A stretch of DNA of 35,703 nt from a virus (IMGVR_UViG_3300009634_000230:1-35703), one strand, 5' to 3'. Shown: positions 8,902 to 18,425, counted from the stretch's first letter. Notes: generated from the letters alone by a model not told the origin. Numbers and translations are program-made.

Positions 8902-9263
8902 CGTTCTTCCGCCGTGAATCCCTGGTATTCATAATGGGCAAGCAGCTGGCCCAGCTCATATGATGTGCAGATATCTTCGAGCTTCTCGATATCAAACGGG
9001 ATTTCCGTCTTCTGTCCTTCGGCTTCGGTCTTCCAGATGTTTTCCCAGCCAACGACGGCGGTTTTGAGGATGTCTAAAATCCCGTCGATGGATCGGATAT
9101 CCGGCCCGACGTTTCTGGCCTTGTCGATTGCCTCGATGATTTTTCGCATCTCGCGTGCCGAATGTGTTCTCAGCTCGAAGTGTCTCTGTTTTTCCGCCGG
9201 CTTATTTTTGTCGGCCTTGAGTGTTACCCAGAATGTTGTCCCCGGTTCCGTTGGTATCGGCAT
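8892..9263 (-). CDS. Tail assembly chaperone (gpG-like)
   Basis: Between tail tube and tape measure; VVGWENI motif; ends EERKN. Start placed at MPIPTEPG (RBS GAGG). Confidence 0.85.
   Translation of the reverse strand: MPIPTEPGTTFWVTLKADKNKPAEKQRHFELRTHSAREMRKIIEAIDKARNVGPDIRSIDGILDILKTAVVGWENIWKTEAEGQKTEIPFDIEKLEDICTSYELGQLLAHYEYQGFTAEERKN
8895..8901 (-). promoter_or_regulatory. Programmed -1 frameshift slippery site A AAA AAC
   Basis: CGA AAA AAC TGA at the end of the chaperone, in XXXYYYZ register. Confidence 0.8.
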
Positions 9264-9358
9264 AATTCGTTCCTCGTTTCTCGTCGTTCGTTTTTCCGAA
9301 GCGGCCACAAGCCGCTTTCCAAATTACGATATACGATATATTAAATACGATATACTAA

Positions 9359-10261
9359 TTACGTTACCGCGATACTTACTGCATCGTTTCCGCTGCTGTG
9401 ATGGCATTCGCCCGTCCAGTCGAGAATCTTGAGTCCTTCCCGTTCGCCATCTTTCAGTTCCTTGCACTGGACCTTCGGCAACGTGAAGGTTATTATGTCA
9501 ACGCCGTCCGTTGCAGCTATTGCGATGGCCGCCTCCGTCCCCGCCTTTTTGATGCCGTGGAAATCATAAGTGGCTACGAGGGTCTCGGTCGGGTCGAGCG
9601 TGATAATGGGCCCATCGTAGTTGCTCATGATATAATAAATGCCGGACAGGTTGGTTACGACTATGCCCATATCGAGAGTGGCCTTGCTGATGTTCAGCAG
9701 GTTTGTTGCGACCGTCAGCATTCCCGAACCAAAGAGGATAGGTTCTCTTGTCGAAGGCGACCACGTCGGTATCGCCTCATCGATTGGCGCAATCCAGTAT
9801 CCGAAGAACTCGCATTCGAGCTCAATCGGCTTGCCGTGGACAAAGTTGAATTTGGTTTTGCCGTAGCATCCCTGCAGCATCTTCTTTTTGCCGTTCTCCC
9901 AGACGGCGATTGATATTGTGCTCTGGGCGGCTATGCTGGAGGACATCGAATAGACCTCAGTCGCCTTTACGAAGCCGCCCGCCTCCATCAGGACAGCGCA
10001 GAACGGGTCCAGATGATGCGAGCCATCCCCTTTCAGTTCCGTCTTGAAGGAGCATCTCCCGAGCGGTTCGCCTTCCCTGCCCTGGAACTCGATGCCCATA
10101 TACAGGCCTGACCCGACTCGTTTGATATATTCGGCGGTCGATTCGCACTTGAGGTCATATACATGACCCGCCAGGGTTGGCGCAAGATATGTCCCTTTCG
10201 TCGTTTCGGCTATCACCTTCATTACATGCAGTGCCCTGACCAACGGATTTACCGGTGCCAT
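9359..10261 (-). CDS. Major tail tube protein
   Basis: AETTKGTY N-terminal motif; synteny between tail terminator and chaperone; ITFTLPKVQ motif. Confidence 0.8.
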   Translation of the reverse strand: MAPVNPLVRALHVMKVIAETTKGTYLAPTLAGHVYDLKCESTAEYIKRVGSGLYMGIEFQGREGEPLGRCSFKTELKGDGSHHLDPFCAVLMEAGGFVKATEVYSMSSSIAAQSTISIAVWENGKKKMLQGCYGKTKFNFVHGKPIELECEFFGYWIAPIDEAIPTWSPSTREPILFGSGMLTVATNLLNISKATLDMGIVVTNLSGIYYIMSNYDGPIITLDPTETLVATYDFHGIKKAGTEAAIAIAATDGVDIITFTLPKVQCKELKDGEREGLKILDWTGECHHSSGNDAVSIAVT

Positions 10262-10320
10262 CTTATGTCCCTTTCAATTTTTAGCCGTTATTCTTGTTTC
10301 TTAATTCTCAATTCTAACTT

Positions 10321-10836
10321 CTAAATTCGTACATACTGATCTTTCAGCTGTGTCACGTACTGCACAGTGAATTCGATATCCAGCGTATGGAATCCCTTGC
10401 CCGCGGTGATTGACATATCGAACGGATTATCGTCAAGTCGGATTCTTGCGAGCTGTGCATTGGTTTCATCGAGAATGATGCTGTCGTTTTCCATCAGTTT
10501 ATTGATAATGTCTGCGCCGATTCGGTTCATTGCGGTATCGGGCGAATCATCCGACTTGTCCGACAGGGACACAAAGCACGTGCAGAACACCCGCTGGTCT
10601 CGCGTGCTCGTATTTCCCGCTGCGTTTTCCGAGGCCTTATTCGCTGCCTGTCCGACGAGGACCTGTCCCGTCTGGTACGGGCATCCGCCGGCCAGATACC
10701 AGCTCACCATATTATTGATATCCACCTGTTTGATTCTGCCTGCATGGAGCGTATAATTGCCGCTCGATGTTGCGGTGATGGCATTGATGGCCGTCACGAT
10801 TGCATTTATTACATTTTCAATTACCGGATTATTCAT
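10321..10836 (-). CDS. Tail terminator (gpU-like)
   Basis: Synteny; N-terminal helix VIENVINAIVTAI; C-terminal IEFTVQYVT...DQY. Confidence 0.65.
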   Translation of the reverse strand: MNNPVIENVINAIVTAINAITATSSGNYTLHAGRIKQVDINNMVSWYLAGGCPYQTGQVLVGQAANKASENAAGNTSTRDQRVFCTCFVSLSDKSDDSPDTAMNRIGADIINKLMENDSIILDETNAQLARIRLDDNPFDMSITAGKGFHTLDIEFTVQYVTQLKDQYVRI

Positions 10837-10848
10837 ATTATTTTTTTA

Positions 10849-11499
10849 TTATGCTCCCAATTCGCTTTTAATATTTCCGCCGAATATAAGGTTTTCCGTC
10901 GCGATATCGAGCATCCTTTCGAGCATCCCGCCTGCCGATTGTTTGACACCTTCGAACATTCCCGGCGCCTGTTCGAGTATTGCCCCTGGTGATGGCCCGA
11001 ATATTTCCTGAATAGACAGCCGTCCGACCATCGAGCTTTCAGTCAGCTCTGCCGGCACTCCGCCGCCGAATTCGCCGCCGAGCGCCTTTTGGCCTCGCCA
11101 GCCGGCTGAATATCGCCTGAAAATGCCCGTATGACCGCCTGGCATCGTCGCCTCGAACGCTGAGGGTATGAATCCCAATCCCCCTGCCTCGAATGTAGCG
11201 CCAAGGGGTCCCCGGTGTGCCCTGAAGGCGATTAGCGGGATTCTCTTGCCGAGTACGCTTATCATTCCGGAGATTTTCGACCATCTGGCGTTGATTGCCC
11301 GGGTGAGGTATTTGCGTGCAACTCCGACCGCTGCTATCTCGCGTTCGATTATTTCCTTTTTGGTCTCTGTTACGGTCTTTCTGATGGCCTGATGCAGCGC
11401 CTCTTCTATGCCGCCGGGCATTTCTTTCAGGAGCAGGGAAATCTTATTCATCTGCGCCTTGTCGATCTTAATTTCTATGCCTACTCTTGGTTCGCTCAT
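10849..11499 (-). CDS. Minor tail protein Z-like (tail completion)
   Basis: RIPLIAF, AFEATMPGGHTGIFRR and RLSIQEIFGPS motifs typical of the gpZ family. Confidence 0.75.
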   Translation of the reverse strand: MSEPRVGIEIKIDKAQMNKISLLLKEMPGGIEEALHQAIRKTVTETKKEIIEREIAAVGVARKYLTRAINARWSKISGMISVLGKRIPLIAFRAHRGPLGATFEAGGLGFIPSAFEATMPGGHTGIFRRYSAGWRGQKALGGEFGGGVPAELTESSMVGRLSIQEIFGPSPGAILEQAPGMFEGVKQSAGGMLERMLDIATENLIFGGNIKSELGA

Positions 11500-11502
11500 A
11501 TA

Positions 11503-11562
11503 TTCAGCGTACAGGAGCAGCGGACAGCGTACAGAATCCTGAACGCTGAACGCTGAACGCTG
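11503..11562. repeat. Inverted heptamer arrays (cagcgta / ctgaacg)
   Basis: cagcgtacag...cagcgtacag faces (ctgaacg)3 and can form an imperfect hairpin in the intergenic gap. Confidence 0.75.
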
Positions 11563-12387
11563 TCATCTGATCTCCAGCGTCATCATTCCCTTGTCGATTG
11601 AAATTATATTTGTTATTCTTCGCATTGTCGGTGTTTCTCCGGGCCGCAGCGCCAGTTTCACCTTGTCTTGTCCGACATCGAGCGTATCGCCTGCGGGGTA
11701 ATATGTAATCGTTTCCGCCCCGAGTCCATCCAGAAATGCCTGTGCCTGCGATATAATCATGTCATCGAATATCGATTCCGAGACGATATTCGTTCCCGAC
11801 AGGATTCCTTCGGTGGCGTCATTTTTGACCGTGATGACAGTCCTTTCCGCCATACTGTGCGGGATGTTATCGAGAGGGCTGATTTCGCCACGTTCGACAA
11901 TCGCCTTTATGCTGCGATATGCTACTGCCGAGGCAGTTAATGTGTGGTTTGCGATGATGGTTGAAATTGTATATGTATTGACTCCCTGCAGGATTGCGGT
12001 TCCATCGAGGGTCCACAGTGTCTCGTAGCCGGCCTCCGGCGTTGCCAAAAATATCTGGCCCTCGCCTGTTGCGACAAGTACTGTTCCGGTCGGTGTTATG
12101 GTAACGTGATTGCCAGCGGTTACGGTCACGGTGAAGGCATCGTATGTAACTACCGGATGTCCCGTCAAATCGCCGTATATATCATATTCCCCTGTTATAT
12201 CACCATATGAATACCAGCATGCGGGTTCTGTAACTCCGTGCAGCGAGCTGATTTTCCACATTCCCGCCTCTGAATCAAACCATATCTCGTAAGTGCCATC
12301 CGCTCGGCGGTAATACGGCTCACCGTTATATGTCCCTGAGGGCGGATATGTGCCGGCTGCAAGTGTTCCTGTGACTTTTATATTCAT
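11563..12387 (-). CDS. Head-closure/head-tail joining protein with N-terminal accessory domains
   Basis: C-terminal RSIKAIVER...DKVKLA...DKGMMTLEIR upstream of gpZ. Central Ig/InlB-B-repeat-like domain FTVTVTAGNHVTITP...NHTLTAS. Confidence 0.65.
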   Translation of the reverse strand: MNIKVTGTLAAGTYPPSGTYNGEPYYRRADGTYEIWFDSEAGMWKISSLHGVTEPACWYSYGDITGEYDIYGDLTGHPVVTYDAFTVTVTAGNHVTITPTGTVLVATGEGQIFLATPEAGYETLWTLDGTAILQGVNTYTISTIIANHTLTASAVAYRSIKAIVERGEISPLDNIPHSMAERTVITVKNDATEGILSGTNIVSESIFDDMIISQAQAFLDGLGAETITYYPAGDTLDVGQDKVKLALRPGETPTMRRITNIISIDKGMMTLEIR

Positions 12388-13035
12388 TTATTTCACCAAA
12401 ACGAGTTTAGAACAGATGAGAAAATCAGAACTTGAATTCGAGTCGTTCAGACCTTGAATGGCGAGCAGATTATGGCCCACAGTCAGCTGATTGACATAGG
12501 TCGAGATGTCATAGGTATTCCACGCGGAGGTTGTCTCAGCTGATGCCTGCGTAGCCAATGAGTTCCACACCGGTGTAGTTGGCTTATTGATATATTTTAC
12601 CAGAGTGCCGTTGATGTAAGCTGCAAATCCATCATCATATCGCATCAGAAGGGAGAGTCCGGTTACGGCATCGAGAGAGGTTATTTCAAAGGGTATTCTG
12701 ATATAACAGGTGCCGTTTATGTTGTGCATAGTTGTAAGAACATCGTTGCCAATCCATTGGTAATAGGCATCACAGGGGTCTGTGCAATAGCCGACTCCGC
12801 CGTATCCGGCCGTCCAGGCGCTGTCATTGTAGTCGTAATTAGTCCTCCAGTCGGTCCCGATATCCCCTGTCGGGACAAGTATTTTCTTATATTTCATTTC
12901 CGTAACTACGATGTTTGGGTCGTTGGTATCGCTTACAGTGGTTGCCTTACCCCAAAAGCAGGAAAGCGGATATGATGATGTTGTCCCCGCCAGAACCAGA
13001 ACAAAAAACAAAGACATGAGCAGTTTCTTCATCAT
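12388..13035 (-). CDS. Signal-peptide protein with galactose-binding-like jelly-roll domain
   Basis: MMKKLLMSLFFVLVLAGTTSS signal; YIRIPF...LLMRYDDGFAAYINGT...GHNLLAIQGLN...SSDFL motif. Confidence 0.7.
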   Translation of the reverse strand: MMKKLLMSLFFVLVLAGTTSSYPLSCFWGKATTVSDTNDPNIVVTEMKYKKILVPTGDIGTDWRTNYDYNDSAWTAGYGGVGYCTDPCDAYYQWIGNDVLTTMHNINGTCYIRIPFEITSLDAVTGLSLLMRYDDGFAAYINGTLVKYINKPTTPVWNSLATQASAETTSAWNTYDISTYVNQLTVGHNLLAIQGLNDSNSSSDFLICSKLVLVK

Positions 13036-13116
13036 AGTATCCCGCACCAGTTCGGGCCTTTGGGTTTGTCCGGCCATAACCATTTTGTCAGTATCAAAAT
13101 TAGTCGCTTCATTACT

Positions 13117-15057
13117 TCACCACCCCACCAGAATTACAGAACTGTTTTGTTTCGGCGGTTGCCAAGCACCTGGTGTTGACTTGCCGCCATCGAGAGTGGG
13201 CACGGCATTTATACAAGGCGAACTCGGCAGCAAACTAAAATCATTAGTGTCTTTATTTCTGAATCGCGGGTCGGCTGAAATACTATTGACATCATTCAGG
13301 GGGAAATTAACTACGCCGTGATTTGCCCACGTCAGCCAATCCGCTTTCATAGTGGCTAAATCTGGAATTACTGTCGCTGTATTTGCCGTGAGTTCTATGT
13401 CTGCAAAACCAGAAGTGCCATTAACGTAGCAGTTGAAGTTGATATAGTTATCGCTTACTCCATAAACACCATACGAATCAGCATCCGTTCCAATGGCATA
13501 CGTAGCGCCAGCCCCATCAAAGATGTTGTTGTATATCTGGTTGTGGCTCTGATAAACAACTCCAAATCCTACATCATTCTGGCTGGACAGTCCGAAAGCA
13601 TAACTACCCGTCGAATGACAGGTGTTATTGAATACGTTGCAGTTTGATGCACCTTTCAGAAGTAAACTGCAAGGGCCATTCGCTATGTTATGGTGAACAT
13701 TTATCTTTTGTCCCTTAATAACAATCTGATAGTTGCCTCCCATAACCGTATCGTATGCGACTTCGCCCGACTGGACATTGTTGCCGACAATAACCGCGTG
13801 CTTGGCTTGTGCGCCTGATAGAGTAACTACATTATGTCTGATAACCGCATTGCCAATAGGGTCAGTAATCCCGCCGTCCAGGCCTATTTGTATGCCATAC
13901 GAACCCGCCGTTCCCATCGCAAGCGTGATTGTGTTATCAGCTACAAAGATATTGCTCCCTGTATTTTTCGTGCCGCTTACGCTAATAGCAGCGCCAGCCG
14001 AACCAAATGTCGAAGTGAATGTATTGCCGGTAATAATCACATTGTTTAAATCTGGGGCAGCACCAGCGGAATAATTAGCATTTATGGTTGGGTTTGTAGA
14101 ATTGGGATGAAATATATTGTTAGTGATTCTAACATTTTTAAGAACACTGGTATGGTCAAGCTGAATCAATGATATTGTACCAGCGGAAGATTCGGTAAAG
14201 GCGTTGCCATTAACGGTGAGTGAATTGACATTATAATCGGAAATAGCCATATTAACAGTGGAAAACGTCGGGTTGTTAGAGATATTTACATCCGGCAAAG
14301 GCGTTCCCGATGGATTAAGAAAAATAGTCGGTTTTGCCGAGGTATCTGTGATGCTATTGCCGGTAATAGTTATCGGCCCATTAACACCTGAAATCCAAAT
14401 TGCCCCAGCCGACGTGCCTGCCCCCGTGATAGTTGCGGTATTCCCTGTAAAAATAAGGCCATTCAATCCGACCATTTCTATGAGATAACCCGATACAGGG
14501 AGAGTTGAATTGGTAATGCTTAAAGACCTTGTTGGTGTAGCGTTACTGCCTCCGTGAAAAAAGCCTGAAGATGGAGCGCCATCAGAAGGATTGCCTAAAA
14601 TACAGTTATTAACAACACCGTTTACATCGCCACTGCCGAAATCTATCAAATCCCCAGGCGAAGGTTTGATATTCCTCAAGGTTAGATTTGTAAGTGTAAT
14701 CGTCCCCTTACTCCCGCTATCCCAATACATACAGTCGGACGCATTGAAATCCAGCACTACAAGAGTGGGGTCTGTATTTGCTTGGCCGTTATTCCAACCG
14801 TTAATCGTAAGAGCTTTCGACGTTGACCAGTAAAACTCCTTCGAAGTTGTTTCGGTATAAGTGCCTGGCTCAACCCGTATCTCGGCGGGAAATGTAACAG
14901 CACCAAGCGCGTGACCCACTGTTTTCCAGGCGTTAGTACCTTCGGTTGCACCAGTATTGGAATCGCTGCCATCTGCTTGGATGTAATAATAGTTGGTCGC
15001 CAACGCCTGCCCACAGACAAATAGAATCAACAGGATTGTAATTAGTTTATATCGCAT
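13117..15057 (-). CDS. Signal-peptide right-handed parallel beta-helix (pectin-lyase-like) protein
   Basis: Start at MRYKLITILLILFVCGQALA (RBS AGGAG); YYIQADGSDSNTG..AWKT; many ITGNT repeats; ADPRF..DFSLLPSSPCINA cap. Confidence 0.8.
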   Translation of the reverse strand: MRYKLITILLILFVCGQALATNYYYIQADGSDSNTGATEGTNAWKTVGHALGAVTFPAEIRVEPGTYTETTSKEFYWSTSKALTINGWNNGQANTDPTLVVLDFNASDCMYWDSGSKGTITLTNLTLRNIKPSPGDLIDFGSGDVNGVVNNCILGNPSDGAPSSGFFHGGSNATPTRSLSITNSTLPVSGYLIEMVGLNGLIFTGNTATITGAGTSAGAIWISGVNGPITITGNSITDTSAKPTIFLNPSGTPLPDVNISNNPTFSTVNMAISDYNVNSLTVNGNAFTESSAGTISLIQLDHTSVLKNVRITNNIFHPNSTNPTINANYSAGAAPDLNNVIITGNTFTSTFGSAGAAISVSGTKNTGSNIFVADNTITLAMGTAGSYGIQIGLDGGITDPIGNAVIRHNVVTLSGAQAKHAVIVGNNVQSGEVAYDTVMGGNYQIVIKGQKINVHHNIANGPCSLLLKGASNCNVFNNTCHSTGSYAFGLSSQNDVGFGVVYQSHNQIYNNIFDGAGATYAIGTDADSYGVYGVSDNYINFNCYVNGTSGFADIELTANTATVIPDLATMKADWLTWANHGVVNFPLNDVNSISADPRFRNKDTNDFSLLPSSPCINAVPTLDGGKSTPGAWQPPKQNSSVILVGW

Positions 15058-16342
15058 TGGCATCTGCTCCTGCATAATAAACGAATATCTTTTTGGGGGT
15101 TACAAACTGAACATCACAACTGCCAAAATTCGCACCAGTTCTCACTGCCGTTGCAATCGTTGTGCCGTTCACAACATCGATTACGGTACTATTGGGGTCA
15201 AAGTGAACAATAAAACCAAAGGCATCGTTGGTATCGCGTAGGGAGAAAAGCTGACCGATTCTCGCCGTATTGGTATCGTAAATGCCTATGTTAATATCTT
15301 TTGTTATGCCTGTGCAGGTAAACGTCCAGCGATTATTGCTGTCAACAAAATTAGTATCGGAAGTTATATTCAGCCAACGAACAGCGTTGACATCGCTCGC
15401 TGTCGCAAATCTGCTATTAGCATCAGTCCTGTCCACGACACGCAAGCCGTTGACATCGTTCGCCAAAGCACCGCCAGCAGCAGCTATCGCAGCACTATTT
15501 CCTGCTACCGCGCCTCCTGCGCCATCGCCCTTCAAAATAGAGGAGGTCATAGCAACTGGGCTATTGCTCAGAGAAATCACCGGATGACCTGTTGCTGTCC
15601 CTGCGGGCGAATAACTCCCGTTCGGGTCAGAGTTGGTTCTTGTCCAATACGCAGAGCCGGTCGTTGCTGGCCCAGTACTTATGCAATATCCCGGCAGGGA
15701 TGGGGCGCTCCATAACCAAAACAAAGAATCTGCCGTTCGATAAGTCGGCAAGCTGTTATAAGTGCCATTCTGATAGAGTTTTCCTGTTATATTAGGAGAA
15801 AGGGTATCTGTCGATGTTATGATGTTATAACTCACAAACCTGTTTGGGTCTGCGAACATGGCATTAACATCGTTCGGAGCAGAAGGAAGATAGCCAAGTG
15901 CAGCAGTTATATCAGCAGAAGTTGAAGGGGCAACATTACCATCACCATTAAAATGGGCAAGACCGATTATTGTTCCATTCGAGCCGTTGGGGTCAATGTG
16001 GAGGGCAATCGTATTGCTTTCGCCAGTCCTCGTATAATATGCAGGATAGTTTATATCGGATGCTATAAACTGGTGAGTCCCGCCTGAGCCATCCAAAGTA
16101 AATACGCTTGCCGTTGTTGGCCCGTTGACAAGTCCGCCTGCCGTATATTCCGGCATATAACCGGCCGAAAGTCCCGTAAGTCCGCCGCCTGTTATCTGGT
16201 TTTGCAGCCAGGCGTAAAAGGCCGGATTAGAGCAGGGGTCGCCCTGCATCATAGGCCATAATGGCGGCAGTTTTGCCGCCTGCGCCAATGAGCATAATAT
16301 CATCAGGATTATTATTGCAGCCGTTATAATTCTCTTAATCAT
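15047..16342 (-). CDS. Signal-peptide fibre-like protein, D-x-N rich
   Basis: MIKRIITAAIIILMILCSLAQA signal; ITAALGYLP and ILKGDGAGG motifs recalled from phage fibre shafts. Confidence 0.65.
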   Translation of the reverse strand: MIKRIITAAIIILMILCSLAQAAKLPPLWPMMQGDPCSNPAFYAWLQNQITGGGLTGLSAGYMPEYTAGGLVNGPTTASVFTLDGSGGTHQFIASDINYPAYYTRTGESNTIALHIDPNGSNGTIIGLAHFNGDGNVAPSTSADITAALGYLPSAPNDVNAMFADPNRFVSYNIITSTDTLSPNITGKLYQNGTYNSLPTYRTADSLFWLWSAPSLPGYCISTGPATTGSAYWTRTNSDPNGSYSPAGTATGHPVISLSNSPVAMTSSILKGDGAGGAVAGNSAAIAAAGGALANDVNGLRVVDRTDANSRFATASDVNAVRWLNITSDTNFVDSNNRWTFTCTGITKDINIGIYDTNTARIGQLFSLRDTNDAFGFIVHFDPNSTVIDVVNGTTIATAVRTGANFGSCDVQFVTPKKIFVYYAGADANAI

Positions 16343-16352
16343 ATTTACCTCA

Positions 16353-16447
16353 TTGAATTTAGAGTTTAGAATTTAGAATTTAGAAAATGATTCGGATTCA
16401 GTTCTTAATTCTAACTTCTCACTTCTCAATTCTTTAATTCTCACTTC
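16353..16447. repeat. Inverted heptamer arrays (gaattta / ttctcaa)
   Basis: (gaattta)4-like array faces (ttctaac/ttctcac/ttctcaa)n and fills the intergenic gap. Confidence 0.8.
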
Positions 16448-16450
16448 GTT

Positions 16451-17167
16451 TTATCCGCCGCTTGCGCCGGACAAAATGATGTAGATATGGTCTATGACCG
16501 TCCAGTTTGCATTATTGATAAAGATTCCGAAATATTCATAACCCGCGACCGGGAACACTAATTGCAGAATATCACCATAGGTTTCTGTGCCTGAATACCC
16601 GCCTTTATAGACGCCTAACGGCCACTGGTAACTGAGGGTCATTTCATCAGCCCATTTATAGTTCGGGTCCGCTACGGGCGCTGCGGCGGTTCCCCGCAGC
16701 GCAGCTCCCGAGTACGGGTTATTGCTGAGCTGGACGTTTCCGATTCCGACGGGTCCGGAAAATACCTTTTTGACGCCTCCGTATTTGCGGATGGCGAAGG
16801 CGTTGACGTCGAATGCCCCGGCGTTGGCATCGTTTGCCTTGTTGATTGCGTGCGCGAATATGGATACCTCGGCGAGCGCCCACTGGTTGGGCATCGCGAG
16901 CCATCTTCCGGTTCCTGTAACGGTCCCATCAGCCGTTCTGGTGTTGGCGATGACGTCTGCCCAGGTCTTTGTCCCGAAGGTCGGCTGCGTATCATTGGCG
17001 GTGATATCGATGATATAGAGGTAACCGAATTTGGCGTCCCCTATATAGGTGAGCTGGTTATAGGTGGTGAGCGCCTTATCATCCGCCATTGCCGATGCGA
17101 CCCAGAGGATGGCCAGCGCTGCAATAACGCCGGCGATGATGATTGTGATTTTGTTTATTCGTCTCAT
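16451..17167 (-). CDS. Signal-peptide hypothetical protein
   Basis: MRRINKITIIIAGVIAALAILWVASAMA signal with AxA cleavage site; RBS AAGGAG. Confidence 0.65.
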   Translation of the reverse strand: MRRINKITIIIAGVIAALAILWVASAMADDKALTTYNQLTYIGDAKFGYLYIIDITANDTQPTFGTKTWADVIANTRTADGTVTGTGRWLAMPNQWALAEVSIFAHAINKANDANAGAFDVNAFAIRKYGGVKKVFSGPVGIGNVQLSNNPYSGAALRGTAAAPVADPNYKWADEMTLSYQWPLGVYKGGYSGTETYGDILQLVFPVAGYEYFGIFINNANWTVIDHIYIILSGASGG

Positions 17168-17241
17168 ATTTTCTCCTTAGCCGCAGAGGGCATAGAGTTC
17201 ATAGAAAACAAAAAACAGTGTTAATCTGTGTTAATCCGTGT

Positions 17242-17523
17242 CTAAATATTTCCATGTCCAATCAGATACGCAATTGCCGCCACGATGGTTATTTTGGCAA
17301 TGTCAACGCCGGCTGCGGCCAGGGCATCTTTCCAGCTTTTTTTCGTTTCTTTATGTTCCTCGAGATGTTCTTCGAGCTCCCGGCATGGTCTTGTCGGCGC
17401 TTCAGGCATCAGTTCGAGTTTGGTGGCGATAGTTGCAACATCGGTTGCCATTGAACCAACCGATTTGACGAGTTCATCTATTCGGTTATGTATCCTGTTG
17501 AGGTCATCTTTATCCGGCGGCAT
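17242..17523 (-). CDS. Small coiled-coil protein with C-terminal TM helix
   Basis: RIHNRIDELVKSV heptads; ITIVAAIAYLIG TM. Start placed at MPPDKDD. Confidence 0.55.
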   Translation of the reverse strand: MPPDKDDLNRIHNRIDELVKSVGSMATDVATIATKLELMPEAPTRPCRELEEHLEEHKETKKSWKDALAAAGVDIAKITIVAAIAYLIGHGNI

Positions 17524-17582
17524 ATCATTGCGGCCAATGGCCGTCTCCAAATATCAATTATCAATCGCAATTCCGCAATTTC

Positions 17583-17631
17583 GTATCGGCATTGGGCCGG
17601 GCGGCGATATTTATCCCGGCCCTGCCGATAC
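17583..17631. terminator. Strong GC-rich stem-loop downstream of the head genes
   Basis: gtatcggca(tt)gggccggg pairs with cccggccctgccgatac (17 bp). No U-tract on the minus strand, so it may be an mRNA stabiliser or attenuator. Confidence 0.5.
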
Positions 17632-17688
17632 AGCGCAAACGTCTTTACTTTTTCAACTCATCGTCCCTTGTAGGGAAAGCGTTGCCTG

Positions 17689-18414
17689 CTACGCCCAGAT
17701 TCCGCGCATTTTCTGGATTTCCCAGCCGTTGCCCGCGATATCCGGGTGAATGATAATGTAATCCCAGTGTTTCGCCGTTGCCTTGGTATTGGTTCTGGTT
17801 GCATTGTCCACCCCGGCGATATCCGGCCCCATTATTTTGTCCGACGCATTTGGCTGAACGGTAATGAGCACCGCCGCATCCGCTCCGCCGTTGATAATCG
17901 CGATGGGTCCCAGCCCCGCCGCCGTCGCCGGCAGCGTGATTGTCTTGGCATCGACGGTCATGATAAATGCCTTGCCAACGTCCTGTATATCGAGCGTCTT
18001 GTTATCGATGAGCGTCTCGAAGGTAAAGCCCTCGAATACAGGGCTGTTCGGCATAAACTCATTGAGCTCGACGTATGCGACGGCATCCGTCGCCGCCATA
18101 GCCACCGTCAGCGAGCCAACGAGGAAGTCAGCCGCAGTTAGGTTCGTTGTCAATGCTCCCGTTCCGGCCGTCCCGCCGTAAGGGTCCCCATTCTCGTCCC
18201 AGCCAACCGGATCTCCTGTGCTTCCGGCAATCTGGGCCTTAACGATTTTTGCGATCCCTTCGACCAGTATCGCACCCTTCACATTCGCCTCGATATCGGT
18301 CACGCACAAACCAGCTCTTCCGCCCGACTGGACCATTTGGCCCGCCAGGCACGCCGAGGTTGGCGTATAGTCAATCATGTCTCCCTGCTGATATGCCATT
18401 GCTTCCGTGTTCAT
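17689..18414 (-). CDS. DUF2190-family capsid cement/decoration protein with C-terminal extension
   Basis: YQQGDMIDYTP..AGQMV..G..DIEANVKGA..EGI motif just after the capsid gene; extra TITLPATAAGL...GIWA domain. Confidence 0.8.
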   Translation of the reverse strand: MNTEAMAYQQGDMIDYTPTSACLAGQMVQSGGRAGLCVTDIEANVKGAILVEGIAKIVKAQIAGSTGDPVGWDENGDPYGGTAGTGALTTNLTAADFLVGSLTVAMAATDAVAYVELNEFMPNSPVFEGFTFETLIDNKTLDIQDVGKAFIMTVDAKTITLPATAAGLGPIAIINGGADAAVLITVQPNASDKIMGPDIAGVDNATRTNTKATAKHWDYIIIHPDIAGNGWEIQKMRGIWA

Positions 18415-18425
18415 AATTCGTTCCT

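Noticed and set aside
16353-16447. CRISPR array
   Set aside because: Units are 7-bp tandem repeats without spacers, and there are no cas genes.
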